Shown one piece after another: positions 32,236 through 43,428 of a stretch of DNA of 64,000 nt. This stretch comes from an uncultured archaeon. Lineage in GTDB: Archaea > Thermoproteota > Nitrososphaeria > Nitrososphaerales > Gagatemarchaeaceae. The notes under the pieces are model-generated. The model ran no database searches and was not told the DNA's origin. It saw only the letters and a list, made by a program, of their open reading frames with translations. Position numbers and translations under genes: made by a program. Numbering within the stretch: the stretch's first letter is position 1; the number at the start of each line of letters is the position of its first letter. The stretch covers positions 512,001-576,000 of the forward strand of contig CAWCYD010000003.1 of NCBI GenBank assembly GCA_963799775.1, written 5' to 3'.

Positions 32236-32362
32236 CGCTGGGACGGCCGTTCGCTGATAGACATATCAGGATTCCTAGGGGCCAGGAAGCCAGGCCGTCG
32301 CAAGCAGTCGAGCAAAACGCTTATCCAAACAAGGCCTGCTACAACCAACCGAAGGACAAGGG

Positions 32363-32593
32363 ATGTCGCGGCGTCGCGTTGCAAGCTTCAGGATGCAGCT
32401 CCTAGTTGCCCTGTGCATCCTCGTCGGGCTCTTCTTCGTCGAATATCCTCCAATATTCCTAGTGGGCTATTGGGCTTGGGGAGCCCTCGTACACAAGACG
32501 CTGTCGGGAGTGTTTATCGTCCTGAACCTGTTGATCACACAATATGCGACTAGGCGCCTGGGTTTCTTTCAGAGCGCCACGATCAAGGCCTGA
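32363..32593 (+). CDS. Small two-TM membrane protein
   Basis: Two hydrophobic segments; promoter-like AAAACGCTTAT upstream. Confidence 0.5.
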   Translation: MSRRRVASFRMQLLVALCILVGLFFVEYPPIFLVGYWAWGALVHKTLSGVFIVLNLLITQYATRRLGFFQSATIKA

Positions 32594-32621
32594 AAGCTGG
32601 GCGAGCCGCGGACCCGCTAGT

Positions 32622-34380
32622 CTACGCCGTCCCGAAGGCCCTTCGTGACTTGGCCTTGTGGTCGCTCGAGCGTTTGAACCTCTCCTCTTCGTCGACGTTG
32701 GCCCGCTCGTGGTACCCGAAGCTCTCCCAGTATCCGTCGACGTATTCGGGGATGAACTCTATCTTCGTCAGCCACTTGGCGCTCTTCCAGCCGTAGAGGT
32801 GAGGCATGAAAGGCCGGGCGGGGAACCCTTGCTCTGCCGAGAGGGGCTTCCCGTTCATCTTCAGGGCGACGATAGAGTCCGGCCGCAGGGCGTCCTCGAC
32901 GGGTATAGGGGCCGTGTAGCCATCTGCGCAGTGGAACATCACCCACTTCGCTTCCTGCTTCACCTTGGCGGCGTCTGCCAGGTACTTGATCGGCACGCCC
33001 TCCCAGAGGGGTCGCTCGATGGACCACGAGGTAACGCAGTCTTGAGTAACGAACGGCGAAAGCATCGTGAATGCGGGCGGCGCCTGGAAATCATAGACGC
33101 TACCCGTGTACCAATCGGACCAGACTCTTCGTATGGGATAGTAGAATCCTTCTGGCGTCTCCTTGTAGTGCATCCTGTCCACCCGTTCCTTCGTCCTGAA
33201 GTCAGGGATGAGGCTGCTAATCTTGCTCCCACAGACCCTAACGCTATACGCCATCCTTACGGAGCCCGGGTGATTTACTAGTTCCCCAGGTACGCCCAGC
33301 TTTGACAGCGCCAGGAGGAGTTGATACGCGAGGATTCTGGAGGAGGTTGTGAAGTCAATAAGCTCCGACCTGGTTTTTTCGATGGCCTCCTTTGTATATC
33401 CGTCCCCCCGGAGGTACCTTTCAAGGAATTCTCTAACGGACCTTGGGCTCGGCGTCCATGATGAAATCGGGTATGTATTTGTTCGCGGCTCCGATTCCAC
33501 ACCAGTCAGCGAATATCGTACGAAGACGACCGGCTCGACTGCTCGTCGCCACGACGGTCATTCCTGTCCCCCTCTCGTTGAGGTAAGTCCCCATCCGAGC
33601 TCCCATCAAATCCTCCATGAGCTCGATTATCTCGAGCCTGTGCTCTTGCTCTGAGCTATTCAGGGCGAATGCCACAGCCCGATCGTAACTGCTTGCAGCG
33701 GATCCCTCTGCTAGGTACCATCCGAGCAGCCTGGCAAGCTTCTCGTCAATACTGAAGGTGACGCCTTGCGACGTGACTCGTTGTTCGGGGGAGATGAACT
33801 TGTATTTCGGAAAGAAAACATAGTCTCCCTGCTTCAACGCGTCTCCCCTTATCCACTCAGCTCTCCATCCCTGTCGGAAGGTCAATTTTCTCCGCTTGCT
33901 CCTCGCCTTCCCGTAACCTGGATGGGCGCGAACCGCCCAAACTGGGTGGTCCGGGGTCAACAACACGGTAGGAAGATAGCTGGCCTTCACGCCGATGACC
34001 TGCCCGCTGTGGGGGATACGAACGAGTTCGGTCACCTTGTGATTAAGACCATCGTGGCCGACGATTTCCATGCCGGGACGGATGTCTTCGATTGCCAAGG
34101 GCCTGGGCTTCGCGTAGACCAGGCTACCCGGGAGAAGGCAGTGGAAGCTCTTCGAGTAGCTCGTCATGGGAAGCGTCATGAACTCCGCGTAACCGAAGAT
34201 GAGTGGGGTCTCCACCAAGCCGCTGACCTCCAGCCTCCACTTCGCTGGGTCCACGTGCTGGACGCCCATAGCAGCGTAGATGACGAACTTCTTGCCCCAC
34301 ACTTGGCCCGGCGGGAGGGGTTCTCTTGGTGCTGCAGCCGCCGTGGCGCTGGACTGTGACAAGATAGGCTGTTGCAACAC
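32622..34380 (-). CDS. Sulfite oxidase-family molybdopterin oxidoreductase interrupted by an intein
   Basis: [17 protein letters not shown]|CVTSWS after splicing, [36 protein letters not shown]. Confidence 0.92.
33039..34140 (-). mobile_element. Intein with LAGLIDADG homing endonuclease (about 367 aa after correcting one indel near 33445)
   Basis: Block A CLLPGS, block [18 protein letters not shown] and [10 protein letters not shown], block F VYDF, ends TQD before +1 Cys. Confidence 0.92.
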
Positions 34381-34545
34381 ATCCGCTGGATAAAACGCTT
34401 ACTCGCGCATGAACCGACTCGATGAACCGACTTTTTACGCTGCCCCCCGCTTGCACGACGTGGCGCCCATGGCGACCTGATATTCGAAATCCATTGGGTA
34501 TAAATAACGTCAGCCAAGTGAAATATTTCAGGAAAACGGCAAGCT

Positions 34546-35367
34546 ATGCCCGCTCATGTGGAGGCTGACCATATCGATGCCCGCGAGGCCCCCGTCCACG
34601 ACGCCAGGGAGATAGTCACAATATTATACAAAAAGAACCACAGGCTCTTCCAGATAGCGTTTCGGTCTCCGCTCCAAGTAGGCCCTTTGGGTCAAGTATG
34701 GACTGCTCTGATAGGAATGGGGGTCAAAATCCGTCATACCACGATGTATAGCACCGACGGAAACACCGGAATTTGGAACGTCTTCTTGGACTCGGAAGAC
34801 TACGGCTTGACATCGAAGGCCCTGAGGTCCAAGTTGGAGAGCGTCTCGATTCTCAGCAGTCTTAGAATCACTCAGGGAGACGAACTCGTCGCGGACCAGC
34901 TGTTCTTTCCTATAGTCGGGTCCACAGGAAATCGACTGATGATTCTTAGTCAAGTGGCGTTTCAGGGCATGCTCACCAAGATGGACTCGGTGCTCGGAAC
35001 GGGAGAGAGCGTGATAGCCTATCAAGAAGGCCGCGCCATAGGCGCCGCGCAAGGGGAAGGAATCATGTCGCTGGTTGGCGGAGACTCGAGGAAGCATCTG
35101 GGCGAAATCGCCAAGGTCTTGACCGCCATGGGGGCAGGGATCTGCGAGATCGTCGAGATGGACCTCGATAACCTTCATTTCGTACTGCGGCTGAGAGAAA
35201 GCCTGGAGTGCCAAGGCAAGACTTCGGAACAACCGAGGGGATACTGGCTGAAGGGAATCCTAGAGGGGGGAGCCTCCGCGCTGCTAGAAACGCCGATGGT
35301 CTGCCAGGAGCGAAAGTGCCTCGCAGTGGGAGACCCCTATTGCGAATTCGAGCTGTCTGCCAGCTAA
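34546..35367 (+). CDS. ACT-like plus V4R ligand-binding protein
   Basis: C-terminal ESLEC..G.L.G..CQERKCLAVGDPYCEF (V4R); N-terminal ACT-like segment. Confidence 0.75.
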   Translation: MPAHVEADHIDAREAPVHDAREIVTILYKKNHRLFQIAFRSPLQVGPLGQVWTALIGMGVKIRHTTMYSTDGNTGIWNVFLDSEDYGLTSKALRSKLESVSILSSLRITQGDELVADQLFFPIVGSTGNRLMILSQVAFQGMLTKMDSVLGTGESVIAYQEGRAIGAAQGEGIMSLVGGDSRKHLGEIAKVLTAMGAGICEIVEMDLDNLHFVLRLRESLECQGKTSEQPRGYWLKGILEGGASALLETPMVCQERKCLAVGDPYCEFELSAS

Positions 35368-35594
35368 GGGCGAGAGGCACCGCCGGGATGCTTAACGTCC
35401 GGCGGAAGCGAGCGAAGTCACTCTAAAAGGGTAAGGAACACAGTTTTTGTCAAAGGATAGATCCGGAGCAAAACGCTTTTCCCGACTCGACGAGGCGCCT
35501 CCTTCTCTAGGCGCCTAGGGCAGCCAGAGTGACCCCTGACCACAGTTTTATACGCCTTGGGAAGAGGCCTCCAGAAGGACATAGCCATCACGCC

Positions 35595-36059
35595 ATGAAG
35601 TTGTCAGCAACGACAAGCAGTTCTTCCGGCCAGACTCAAACACGACGCGGCCCTGCCCTATTGCCGATAGTGATACTCGTCCTGATAGCCATCGTGCTCG
35701 TGGCCACCGGAGTCGGCGTGGCAGGAAGCATAGGGGGCCCCACCAGCTATGCCTGCATGAGCGTATCGCACTCTGGTAGTGACGTCAAGGTCACGACGAG
35801 CGGGCTCATACACTACGTAAAGTCGCAATACTACATCAGCTGCAACGAAGGATCGCCACTTCCAACAAGCGGATACAAGTACTCTTGCCTCACCATCTCT
35901 CCGCAGGTGATTCTCGCCCCAATCGGTGTCGGCGCCTCCACGGAATACTACTACGTCTCCGGCGGAGCGAACGGGATTGCCGTCCAGGGAGCTCCCCAGA
36001 TGGCAAACGGGACAGAGATAATCAATCCGACTAACGTCAGCTTGCAGGCATCCTGCTAG
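35595..36059 (+). CDS. Membrane-anchored secreted hypothetical protein
   Basis: TM helix after RRG; Cys-containing beta-rich body. Confidence 0.5.
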   Translation: MKLSATTSSSSGQTQTRRGPALLPIVILVLIAIVLVATGVGVAGSIGGPTSYACMSVSHSGSDVKVTTSGLIHYVKSQYYISCNEGSPLPTSGYKYSCLTISPQVILAPIGVGASTEYYYVSGGANGIAVQGAPQMANGTEIINPTNVSLQASC

Positions 36060-36185
36060 GCCTCGTTCTTCGGACTCCCAACGCCAATCTCTGCGAAAAT
36101 CTCTCTGAGACTCTCCGTCTAGTCGGATTCGATTAAATACGCCACCAATAGGAGGCGTGGCCGAGCCGAGGAATACCTAGAGAGA

Positions 36186-37409
36186 ATGTCATCATCTTCT
36201 TCTTACCCATATCTCAGCAGACTGGAAAGCGCGTTGAAGCAGCACGAGACCTGGAGGCTCGGAGAGTGCCTGAACATGATAGCCTCCGAGAACTTCAGCA
36301 GCCCTCAGACGAGGGGGATGCTGGTCAGCGACTTTGCGAACCGCTACACAGCCCCTGACCACTTCTACAGGGGCGCCAAGTTCCTGGACGAGGTCCAGGC
36401 GCTCGCGGAGGAGGTCGCGCGCAAGGTCTACAGCGCGAAGTTCGCTGACGTCAGGTTCACCTCGGGTCACGCGGCCGACCTGGCTCTCCTATTGACGCTC
36501 GTCGAGAAGGGGGACACGATCATGTCCGCGCCGCTCGAGAAGGGCGGGTACCCTGGCATCTCGCATATCGGGCTAGGGAGGATACTCGGGCTCAAGAACT
36601 CCTACTTCGCGTTCGACGACAAGACGTTCAACGTCGACGTCAAGGCTACCAAGAGCCGAATCGAGATGGAGGCGCCCAAGCTGATCATCTTCGGCTCGAG
36701 CTTCATCCCCTTCCCCCACCCCGTAAGGGAGATTTCCAGCTTCGTGGACGGCGACGCGATCTGCGTATACGACGGGTCGCACGTGATGGGCCTGATCGCG
36801 GGCGGCGAATTCCAGGACCCACTTCGCGAAGGATGCTCGCTCATCATCGGCTCAACCCACAAGAGCCTTCCTGGTCCGCAAGGGGGCCTGATGCTCGGCA
36901 ACAACGAGGCGATCTTCAGCAAGGTCAGCTCGCAGATACACCCGGGGATTATCGACAACGTGCACTGGAACAGGGTGGCGGCACTGGCGGTAACCCTCCT
37001 AGAGATGATGCAGTTCGGCAAGTCCTACGCCCAGGCGGTCGTCAAAAACTCCCAGGCGCTGGGCAAGGGGCTGGCAGACAGGGCCATCCCGGTCAAGGGC
37101 GCCTCGCAGGGATACTCAAAGTCCCACCAGCTCATCCTGGACTGCGAAAAGCCACGGGCCGAGCTCTACGCCAAGAGGCTCGAGGAGGCCAACATAATCA
37201 TCGACAACGGGGGCAGGGTAGGGACCGCAGAGGCGACCCGCATGGGCATGGGTCCGAATGAGATGGATCAGATCGCCGAGCTGATGAGCACGGCCATGCA
37301 GGGGAGGAAGCCCGCGGACTTTGTCAAGAAGAAGGTGAAGTCCCTCACCAAGGACTTCCGGACTCCTCGCTACGTCCTGCGGACGGTCGCGGAAGCCAGA
37401 GTGGACTAG
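36186..37409 (+). CDS. glyA: Serine hydroxymethyltransferase
   Basis: [49 protein letters not shown]. Confidence 0.95.
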   Translation: MSSSSSYPYLSRLESALKQHETWRLGECLNMIASENFSSPQTRGMLVSDFANRYTAPDHFYRGAKFLDEVQALAEEVARKVYSAKFADVRFTSGHAADLALLLTLVEKGDTIMSAPLEKGGYPGISHIGLGRILGLKNSYFAFDDKTFNVDVKATKSRIEMEAPKLIIFGSSFIPFPHPVREISSFVDGDAICVYDGSHVMGLIAGGEFQDPLREGCSLIIGSTHKSLPGPQGGLMLGNNEAIFSKVSSQIHPGIIDNVHWNRVAALAVTLLEMMQFGKSYAQAVVKNSQALGKGLADRAIPVKGASQGYSKSHQLILDCEKPRAELYAKRLEEANIIIDNGGRVGTAEATRMGMGPNEMDQIAELMSTAMQGRKPADFVKKKVKSLTKDFRTPRYVLRTVAEARVD

Positions 37410-37413
37410 TCGC

Positions 37414-38467
37414 TCAGTTCGCGCGGGCCTGGACAGCCTGCATCTTCATGGGCTCGGCGATGCCCATCGTGCTGTTGGTCATCCGGACCGACTCTGCCTG
37501 GCTCATCGTCCCCATCATGGCCCGGATCGCGTCCACGTTCTCGGGCACGACGATCGACTCCTGCTGGACTCCCAAGAAGAGATAGAGCTCGTTCTCGTCC
37601 ACCACGGTCACCGACTCCTTCCAGATCGCCGCCTCGTAGACGTCGTTCTTGGGCCTTCCCTTCCACCTGGCCCAGTCTATGACGTGCGAAGTCGATTTGA
37701 AACCTTCTTTCCCGGCGATGACCATGATCCGGTTCTCTCTCTGGAAAGCGCTGACGACCTCCTCCGCTGTCGCCTTCTTCCCAAGGGTGATTATGAGGGA
37801 GTGGAGGTGCATGTGCGTTGTCGGAATCTTGATTGCCATCGTGGTGATGTTGATGTCGGGCAAGACGGTCATCACGTCCGGGCCGTGGTGAGACGGTAGG
37901 GTAACCGGGTCCGGCACGACCGCGTCGATGGTGCCCCTTCCCAACCTCCTGCGGATCCGCAGCCCTGCGCGCCAAGACTGCTCTGGCCTTCTTGACGCCG
38001 AAGTTGGTCTGCAGAGCGTGCAGCGTCCTGCAAAGGCCCGTCGTGTTGCAGCTGACGACCCTGATGAACCTGCGTCCCTTGGCGCCGTCGTAATTGCAAT
38101 TGGAGTTGAACGAGAAGCCGGTGAGCTCGTGCTCCTCCCCGCCCTCGAAGATGGCTCTGACGCCCGCCTTCTCATACATCTCCTTGTTCCCCGAGGCGAT
38201 TTCCTCCCCTGTGGCCTCGATCATGACATCGACCTTCTTCATCAGGTCTTGGAGGCTTCCGACAGTCTGAATCCTCGCCTTGGCAAACTTCGCCTTGCCG
38301 TCGTCGTCCAGGTGATAGATCTGGACGCCCTTGTCGACCGCAATCCGGGCCTTGTAGTCCGGAGTGAACTTTGTCACCCCGACAAGCTCCATGTCCTTCT
38401 GCATCATGACAGCGTCAGCGACTCTGCCGCCTATGGTCCCATAGCCGTTCACGCCCACTTTAATCAT
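37414..38467 (-). CDS. gap: Archaeal type II glyceraldehyde-3-phosphate dehydrogenase (frameshift near 37940)
   Basis: [32 protein letters not shown]; SHHGPDV and [16 protein letters not shown] in the second frame. Confidence 0.95.
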
Positions 38468-38791
38468 TGGCAAGCACCCTCTGGCTGCGGGATTTAAAGA
38501 GCCTTTGGACTTTCTGGTTGTTTCGCTTCGACAAAGAGGATTGCGGAAGCGTATTGACGCCTTCAAACTTTTCTGGGTGGCGATGCCAGCTCGACTTGGT
38601 CTCGGCCGCGAGGAAACGGACACAAGGACCGGTAGCCGGCAAGTACGTAGCGCCGGGCCATTGGTTGCCGACCGGCAATGTCGGGTGACTACAATAATTG
38701 TGTGTCTATGCGTGTAAAGACGTAGGATTTGGAATACAATTGCAATCTTACAAGTAAGACGATTCTCCTCTCGTGTAGTGCTTGGAGATAG

Positions 38792-39637
38792 CTAGGTCGG
38801 AAGCAGGCCCGGAGTCAAATTGAAGGTCGCTACAATGGCTCCCAATGAGATAGCCACGACCCCGAGAAACAAGGTGATGATGTAGACGTGTTTCGTCCGT
38901 GCAAATCTCAGGAGGGCGCCTATGACTATGAAGCTTGTCACCGCAGCGGTAGCCAGGGCTACAGCGATCCCCGAGGCATCGAAGGTCGTCAAAGCAGTTC
39001 CGATCTCAGGTCGGCTGAAGACAATGGTGGTAAGAAAGCCGCCAAGGGAGGCAGGCATGTAAGCTAGGTACGAGAGCTTGAACGCCTCGCGGGGAGCGAC
39101 TCGCATGAACAACATGGTCGAGACGGTCATCCCGGACCTGCTGACCCCTGGAAGGGCCGCGAGGCCCTGTGCGGCGCCGATGATGAGATACTGCTTCCAT
39201 GAGAGGGTGCCGAGGCTCCCCGAATGAGGCTGCTTCCTCGAGTATCGGATGTAGAGCCCGTCAAAGATGAGGAAGGCTCCCAGGACCATCATCGGATAGC
39301 CGAGGTTGTATGCGTTGGCGAGGAGCTTCTCGCTGAGCAAGTAGAGGGGCACCCCCTCAAGGCCAGTGATTATCGTGACGACCAACAGGAAGACAAGGAG
39401 CTTTCGGTCGTGAAAGAGGGAGAGGATGTCCTTTCGAAAGTAAGCTAGCGCCGCGACGAGAGAGCCCACCTCCATGAAGAGGCCGAACGCGTACGCGACG
39501 GTCAGGGGGAAGCCGAAGAGAAAGGAAGAGACCAAGAGAACCTGCGTCTTGCTGCTGATCGGGAGCCACTCTGAGACGCCTTGGACGAGTCCGACGATGA
39601 TCGAATAGAGCAGGTTCGACAAGGCTCGCGAAAGCAT
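38792..39637 (-). CDS. uppP: Undecaprenyl-diphosphatase BacA/UppP family
   Basis: GLVQGVSEWLPISSK, IGAAQGLAALPGVSRSGMT, AFKLSYL. Confidence 0.9.
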   Translation of the reverse strand: MLSRALSNLLYSIIVGLVQGVSEWLPISSKTQVLLVSSFLFGFPLTVAYAFGLFMEVGSLVAALAYFRKDILSLFHDRKLLVFLLVVTIITGLEGVPLYLLSEKLLANAYNLGYPMMVLGAFLIFDGLYIRYSRKQPHSGSLGTLSWKQYLIIGAAQGLAALPGVSRSGMTVSTMLFMRVAPREAFKLSYLAYMPASLGGFLTTIVFSRPEIGTALTTFDASGIAVALATAAVTSFIVIGALLRFARTKHVYIITLFLGVVAISLGAIVATFNLTPGLLPT

Positions 39638-39739
39638 CGGTCTTCCAAATGTCTACTTAACCTCTCCAAGATTCGAGAGCTCACCGGGGTCGGCCTTCGC
39701 TGCCCCACCTTATATCGTCAGTATGGGCAATCGCCTGTC

Positions 39740-40108
39740 GTGAGTGAAGCCGACCTTCGGGTGGCGATGCTTGAGGCCTTGGAGCGCTACCTCTCCAAGA
39801 GGAGGCTGGTCAATGTCACTAGGGTCGCGGTGGCTGGACGGGAGCAACCCCGGAATGTCAATGGTTTCGTTCCTGACATTGAAGGTATGACTTCAATCAT
39901 CGGGCAGCCCGCATACGGGGTCGCGGAGAAGTGCGATACCTACGCTGCGGAAGGAGCTCGTGCGCGTCTGGACGCGCTCTCGCGAACTTCGTCGCATGCG
40001 GTATTCTTGCTTGTGCCACGTTCATGCTACGATCGCGCAAAGGAATACGTCGAGATTAGCCTTCCGGGGCGAAATATCGAGGTATTGCCATACGGTAAGA
40101 AAGATTGA
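39740..40108 (+). CDS. Hypothetical protein, possible restriction-endonuclease-like fold
   Basis: GFVPDIEG..GVAE pattern; start GTG after a TATA-like ttatat. Confidence 0.4.
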   Translation: MSEADLRVAMLEALERYLSKRRLVNVTRVAVAGREQPRNVNGFVPDIEGMTSIIGQPAYGVAEKCDTYAAEGARARLDALSRTSSHAVFLLVPRSCYDRAKEYVEISLPGRNIEVLPYGKKD

Positions 40109-40265
40109 ACATCTTAACGTCTGGTCTACATGAGCCCAAGACGAGTCGTTTCTTTTGAGAACTCACAATGACGTCCTAAGGATAAATTGGCCTCGCTCCG
40201 ATGATCAAGGTGCGCGCCCTCGCTACAGTTATATACAGAAAGCGACCACGTATCTATTTGTTTTG

Positions 40266-40829
40266 GTGAACAAAGTCACCGTCGGTGTTCTCGTCACACT
40301 CTCTGCGTTATTGGCGGTCCCGTTTGCCATAAGTTACGCGACTGGATCCGCATCACAGGTTCCTACACCGTCTGGTCAACTCTTTCAGTTTCAAGACATG
40401 ATCGGCAATGAGTGCACACCCGCCGCCGGCTATACTCAACCTCCGCAGTGTGGAGGCAACCCATCACCCGCAGTGGCAGGAATTAACCCGGCTGGCGCGC
40501 CATGGGTTGTGAACCAGCAGGCGCAGGTCCAGCTCAACGGAAACGGCCAACTGCAGGTCAACATCCAGGGGCTTGTGCACGCCAGCGGTGCGAATACTGG
40601 CTTGTCGGGCGGGGCGAATGTCGTAGCAACGCTAGCATGCCAAGTCACAGCGACGACCTGGAGCTACACCACAACTGGCTTCGTGCAGCTGGACCCGAAC
40701 GGTAACGCGCAGATAAACCAAGTAGTAACCCTCCCCAGCTCTCCATGTTATGGGGCCATAGTTCTGGTTAGGTCTTACAGCACGACCACGGGCCTAGCAG
40801 GCAATTGGTTCGCGGTCACGGGCTACTAG
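40266..40829 (+). CDS. Secreted hypothetical protein
   Basis: Signal peptide; PW, LxVxIxGLV, ATLAC, L..NGNA.I, C..AIVLVR, WFAVTG. Confidence 0.55.
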   Translation: MNKVTVGVLVTLSALLAVPFAISYATGSASQVPTPSGQLFQFQDMIGNECTPAAGYTQPPQCGGNPSPAVAGINPAGAPWVVNQQAQVQLNGNGQLQVNIQGLVHASGANTGLSGGANVVATLACQVTATTWSYTTTGFVQLDPNGNAQINQVVTLPSSPCYGAIVLVRSYSTTTGLAGNWFAVTGY

Positions 40830-40952
40830 AGTCCTAGCCGCGGGTTCCAAGAAAACGGTTGCAGCTCACGCGAGTGCGTCGGAGGCCCGCGTGCAGTTTG
40901 TCTAAAAGACGCCTATGGAAGGAGCAAGCCCAGCGTTTCCCCCTTGCAATAT

Positions 40953-40980
40953 AAATCGACCTCGATATCGACTTCGATAA
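40953..40980. repeat. Palindromic site, copy 1
   Basis: AAATCGACCTC GATATC GACTTCGATAA, intergenic. Confidence 0.75.
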
Positions 40981-40998
40981 CTCACTGGGAGCGGATGA

Positions 40999-41436
40999 TT
41001 AGTTGCTTTGGACCTTGACGAGGTCGTTCCAGCCCTTGGCAAGCTGCCAGGCCTGCTTCACAAAACCGCCTTGGGGCCCCCTCTCCGGGATGGGCTGGAG
41101 CTTGAGCTGGTAGACTGCCTCGGTCTTCTTGCGCTTTTCGTCCCATATGAGCACGTCTTTCTCGATGAAGCCGAGATCGAGCAGCTTCCTGAGCAACTTG
41201 ACGTAGAAGTTGTGATAGCTATATTTCACTCCGAGCTTTCCCTCCCCGAGGTCTTTGGCAAAGAACCTCAATTGCCTCTTGGTCATCGCCAGATGTTGGT
41301 CCCCTCTCATCCTCTCGACCAGGATCTTCGCGGCCAAGATCGTGTCCTCACGGTCGCCGAACAACAGCGTGAGTATGTCCCCGTTGGAAACTGTCTTGTC
41401 GTTCCAGTACAACTTGATCGACTTCGGGGAAGACAT
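40999..41436 (-). CDS. Conserved hypothetical winged-helix-like protein
   Basis: Clean 145-aa ORF; YSYHNFY..LLRKLLDLGFIEK..VYQL. Confidence 0.65.
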   Translation of the reverse strand: MSSPKSIKLYWNDKTVSNGDILTLLFGDREDTILAAKILVERMRGDQHLAMTKRQLRFFAKDLGEGKLGVKYSYHNFYVKLLRKLLDLGFIEKDVLIWDEKRKKTEAVYQLKLQPIPERGPQGGFVKQAWQLAKGWNDLVKVQSN

Positions 41437-41617
41437 CTACCCCAGTAGTTCCCCTGCAGGGTCTATTCTCTTGCCCGGGTGAAATGCGTTGAGCGTGTGC
41501 TCAAAATGTCCTCAGTTGAACCGCAAGATATCCGAGAATCTTCGTCCCTTGACGAATTGCACTAGTTAGATTCATGCTCACAGAAGCTGTATATCTTCGA
41601 CAATCGAAGAACAACGC

Positions 41618-42070
41618 ATGTCGACAAGTGACGGACCTGCATTACTGAGCCTCTCAGAGCAAAGAAAGGAAGAGGCTGGCCAGTTGAAGTTCTGGTCTCC
41701 GGAGTTTTTCGAGCTCGCTTCGCGGTCCTTGAACAGCAACCCGGTCTTCTCTCCAATCTTCAAGGGGATACGGACGACTATCCTGGCCGAGTCAACGGAT
41801 TCAGGAGGCTCGTACCTGATTCGCATCGCCGACGGCGTGATTTCGGTGAGACCGGCCGTGCAGGGGGAGCGTGCCGATTTCCGGTTCAGCGCCCCCTACT
41901 CGGAATGGGTCGCCGTGGTGAGAGACGGCGTTGAGCTGCGAGGAGACGTCGTGAAAGGGAAGGTCAAGTTCAGGGGTTCCATGCCAATGATGCTGCTTAT
42001 GCTGGGGAAGGTGTCGCGCGCTGAGAAGGAGATTGTTTCGCAGATGCGGTCCATGAGGCCGGAGTACTAG
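41618..42070 (+). CDS. SCP2 sterol-binding-domain protein
   Basis: ADFRFSAPYSEW, VVKGKVKFRGSM. Confidence 0.7.
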   Translation: MSTSDGPALLSLSEQRKEEAGQLKFWSPEFFELASRSLNSNPVFSPIFKGIRTTILAESTDSGGSYLIRIADGVISVRPAVQGERADFRFSAPYSEWVAVVRDGVELRGDVVKGKVKFRGSMPMMLLMLGKVSRAEKEIVSQMRSMRPEY

Positions 42071-42082
42071 GAGGGATGGTCC

Positions 42083-43058
42083 ATGGCGAAGATCAGAGTC
42101 TACACATCCTTCTCCTTCATGCTTGACACATTCGACGTCTCACTGAGGTCGCGATACCCCGATGACCACCTCCACCTCATCACGTTCAGGGACCACCCCA
42201 AGATGGTCTACGAAAGGATCGTCCGTGAGGTCAAAGACGAAGGCCGCTCTGCGGACATCATCATCGGGCCTCACTGGATGGTCATGAACCTCCTCCTGAA
42301 CGGATACCTCCGGGCATATGAGAGCCCCGAATTCGCCCAGTACAAGCCCGAGTACTACGATGCCAAGGCGGGATGGTGCGGGATGGCTCTCTCTCCGGTG
42401 GGAATGTGCTACAACAGCGACCGGGTCAAGGAGGCTGACGAGCCCTCAGGGCTCTGGGACCTGGTGGGGGGAAGGTGGAAGAACAGACTTGCAGTCCATG
42501 AGATCACCGAGAACAAGGAGGGCCAGATGGGGCTGACCTACCTCACCGTCTTGCGTGAGGTCATGGGAGAGTCCAAATGGACCGAGTTCGTAAAGTCGAT
42601 GTTCCTCTCGCGGCCCACGACGTACGACTGCATGCCTGAGATGGCCCTCAACATCGCATTGGGGAACAACGAGGTCGGCTTCCCGGCGACCCTTTCGTGC
42701 GTCGCCTACTACGTCGAGATGCAGGCCAGGGCTGTGAAGCACAAGATGCCGAAAGACGTCCCATACATGGTGACCTTCGCACCCACAATCGGGATACTCA
42801 AGCACGGGGAGTAACCGAAACTGGGCCGAGAGGGCGTTCGACTACGGCATCTCAGAGGACTGGCAGTCAAAGGTGGAGTCGTTCGGGGGGAAGATTCCAA
42901 TGAGGACGGGCGTGGCGGCCGCGTCGACTATACCCAGCGATGCCAAGATCTTCCCGACATTGGCTCACGCGAGGAAGATTCCCGAGACTAGGGAGGCGGT
43001 CCTCCGCATCCGCGAATCGGTAGTGCCCGGAATCCAGCCATTGCACGTGACGAGCTAG
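42083..43058 (+). CDS. ABC-type substrate-binding-fold protein (Fe3+/thiamine class), frameshift near 42810
   Basis: ADIII, GYLRAYESPE, MCYNSDRV..P..LWDL...WKNRL; continues GKIPMRTGV in the next frame. Confidence 0.7.
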
Positions 43059-43428
43059 GTCAGAGTTAGGCGTGGCCGGTCCAGACTGGCCCCAAACCCA
43101 CCTGACATTTGCGAGAGGCCCTCTGCAAGAAGTTCCCCTCTGGGGTCCAGACGCTTGCGTGAGCCGCAAAATGTTTAGTGTATGCTCTAGGGTCACTAAC
43201 CTACCCCTAGGAGCAAAGGATGGTGATGGCTGGACGGAGGCATATCGGTGTGGAGTCTGTGACCCTGCAGGAGAACAACGATTGGGGCGACCCCGTGTGT
43301 CGCCGCTGCATCTCGGATGTGCGCCCAAGGGAATGCCCCGTGCTTGGTCCGAGGCTCACGGATCGGACTTCTATGGGTCCGATACCATGCTGTCCGAGGC
43401 CTAACTCTGCCTCTCGTGAGCGGTGATG

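Noticed and set aside
34409-34432. Tandem ATGAACCGACT x2 between the oxidoreductase and V4R genes
   Set aside because: Could be an operator, but a single short duplication has no further support.
32310-35478. GAGCAAAACGCTT repeated at about 32310 and 35466, and AAAACGCTT at about 34392
   Set aside because: Resembles ordinary BRE/TATA promoter sequence rather than element ends.
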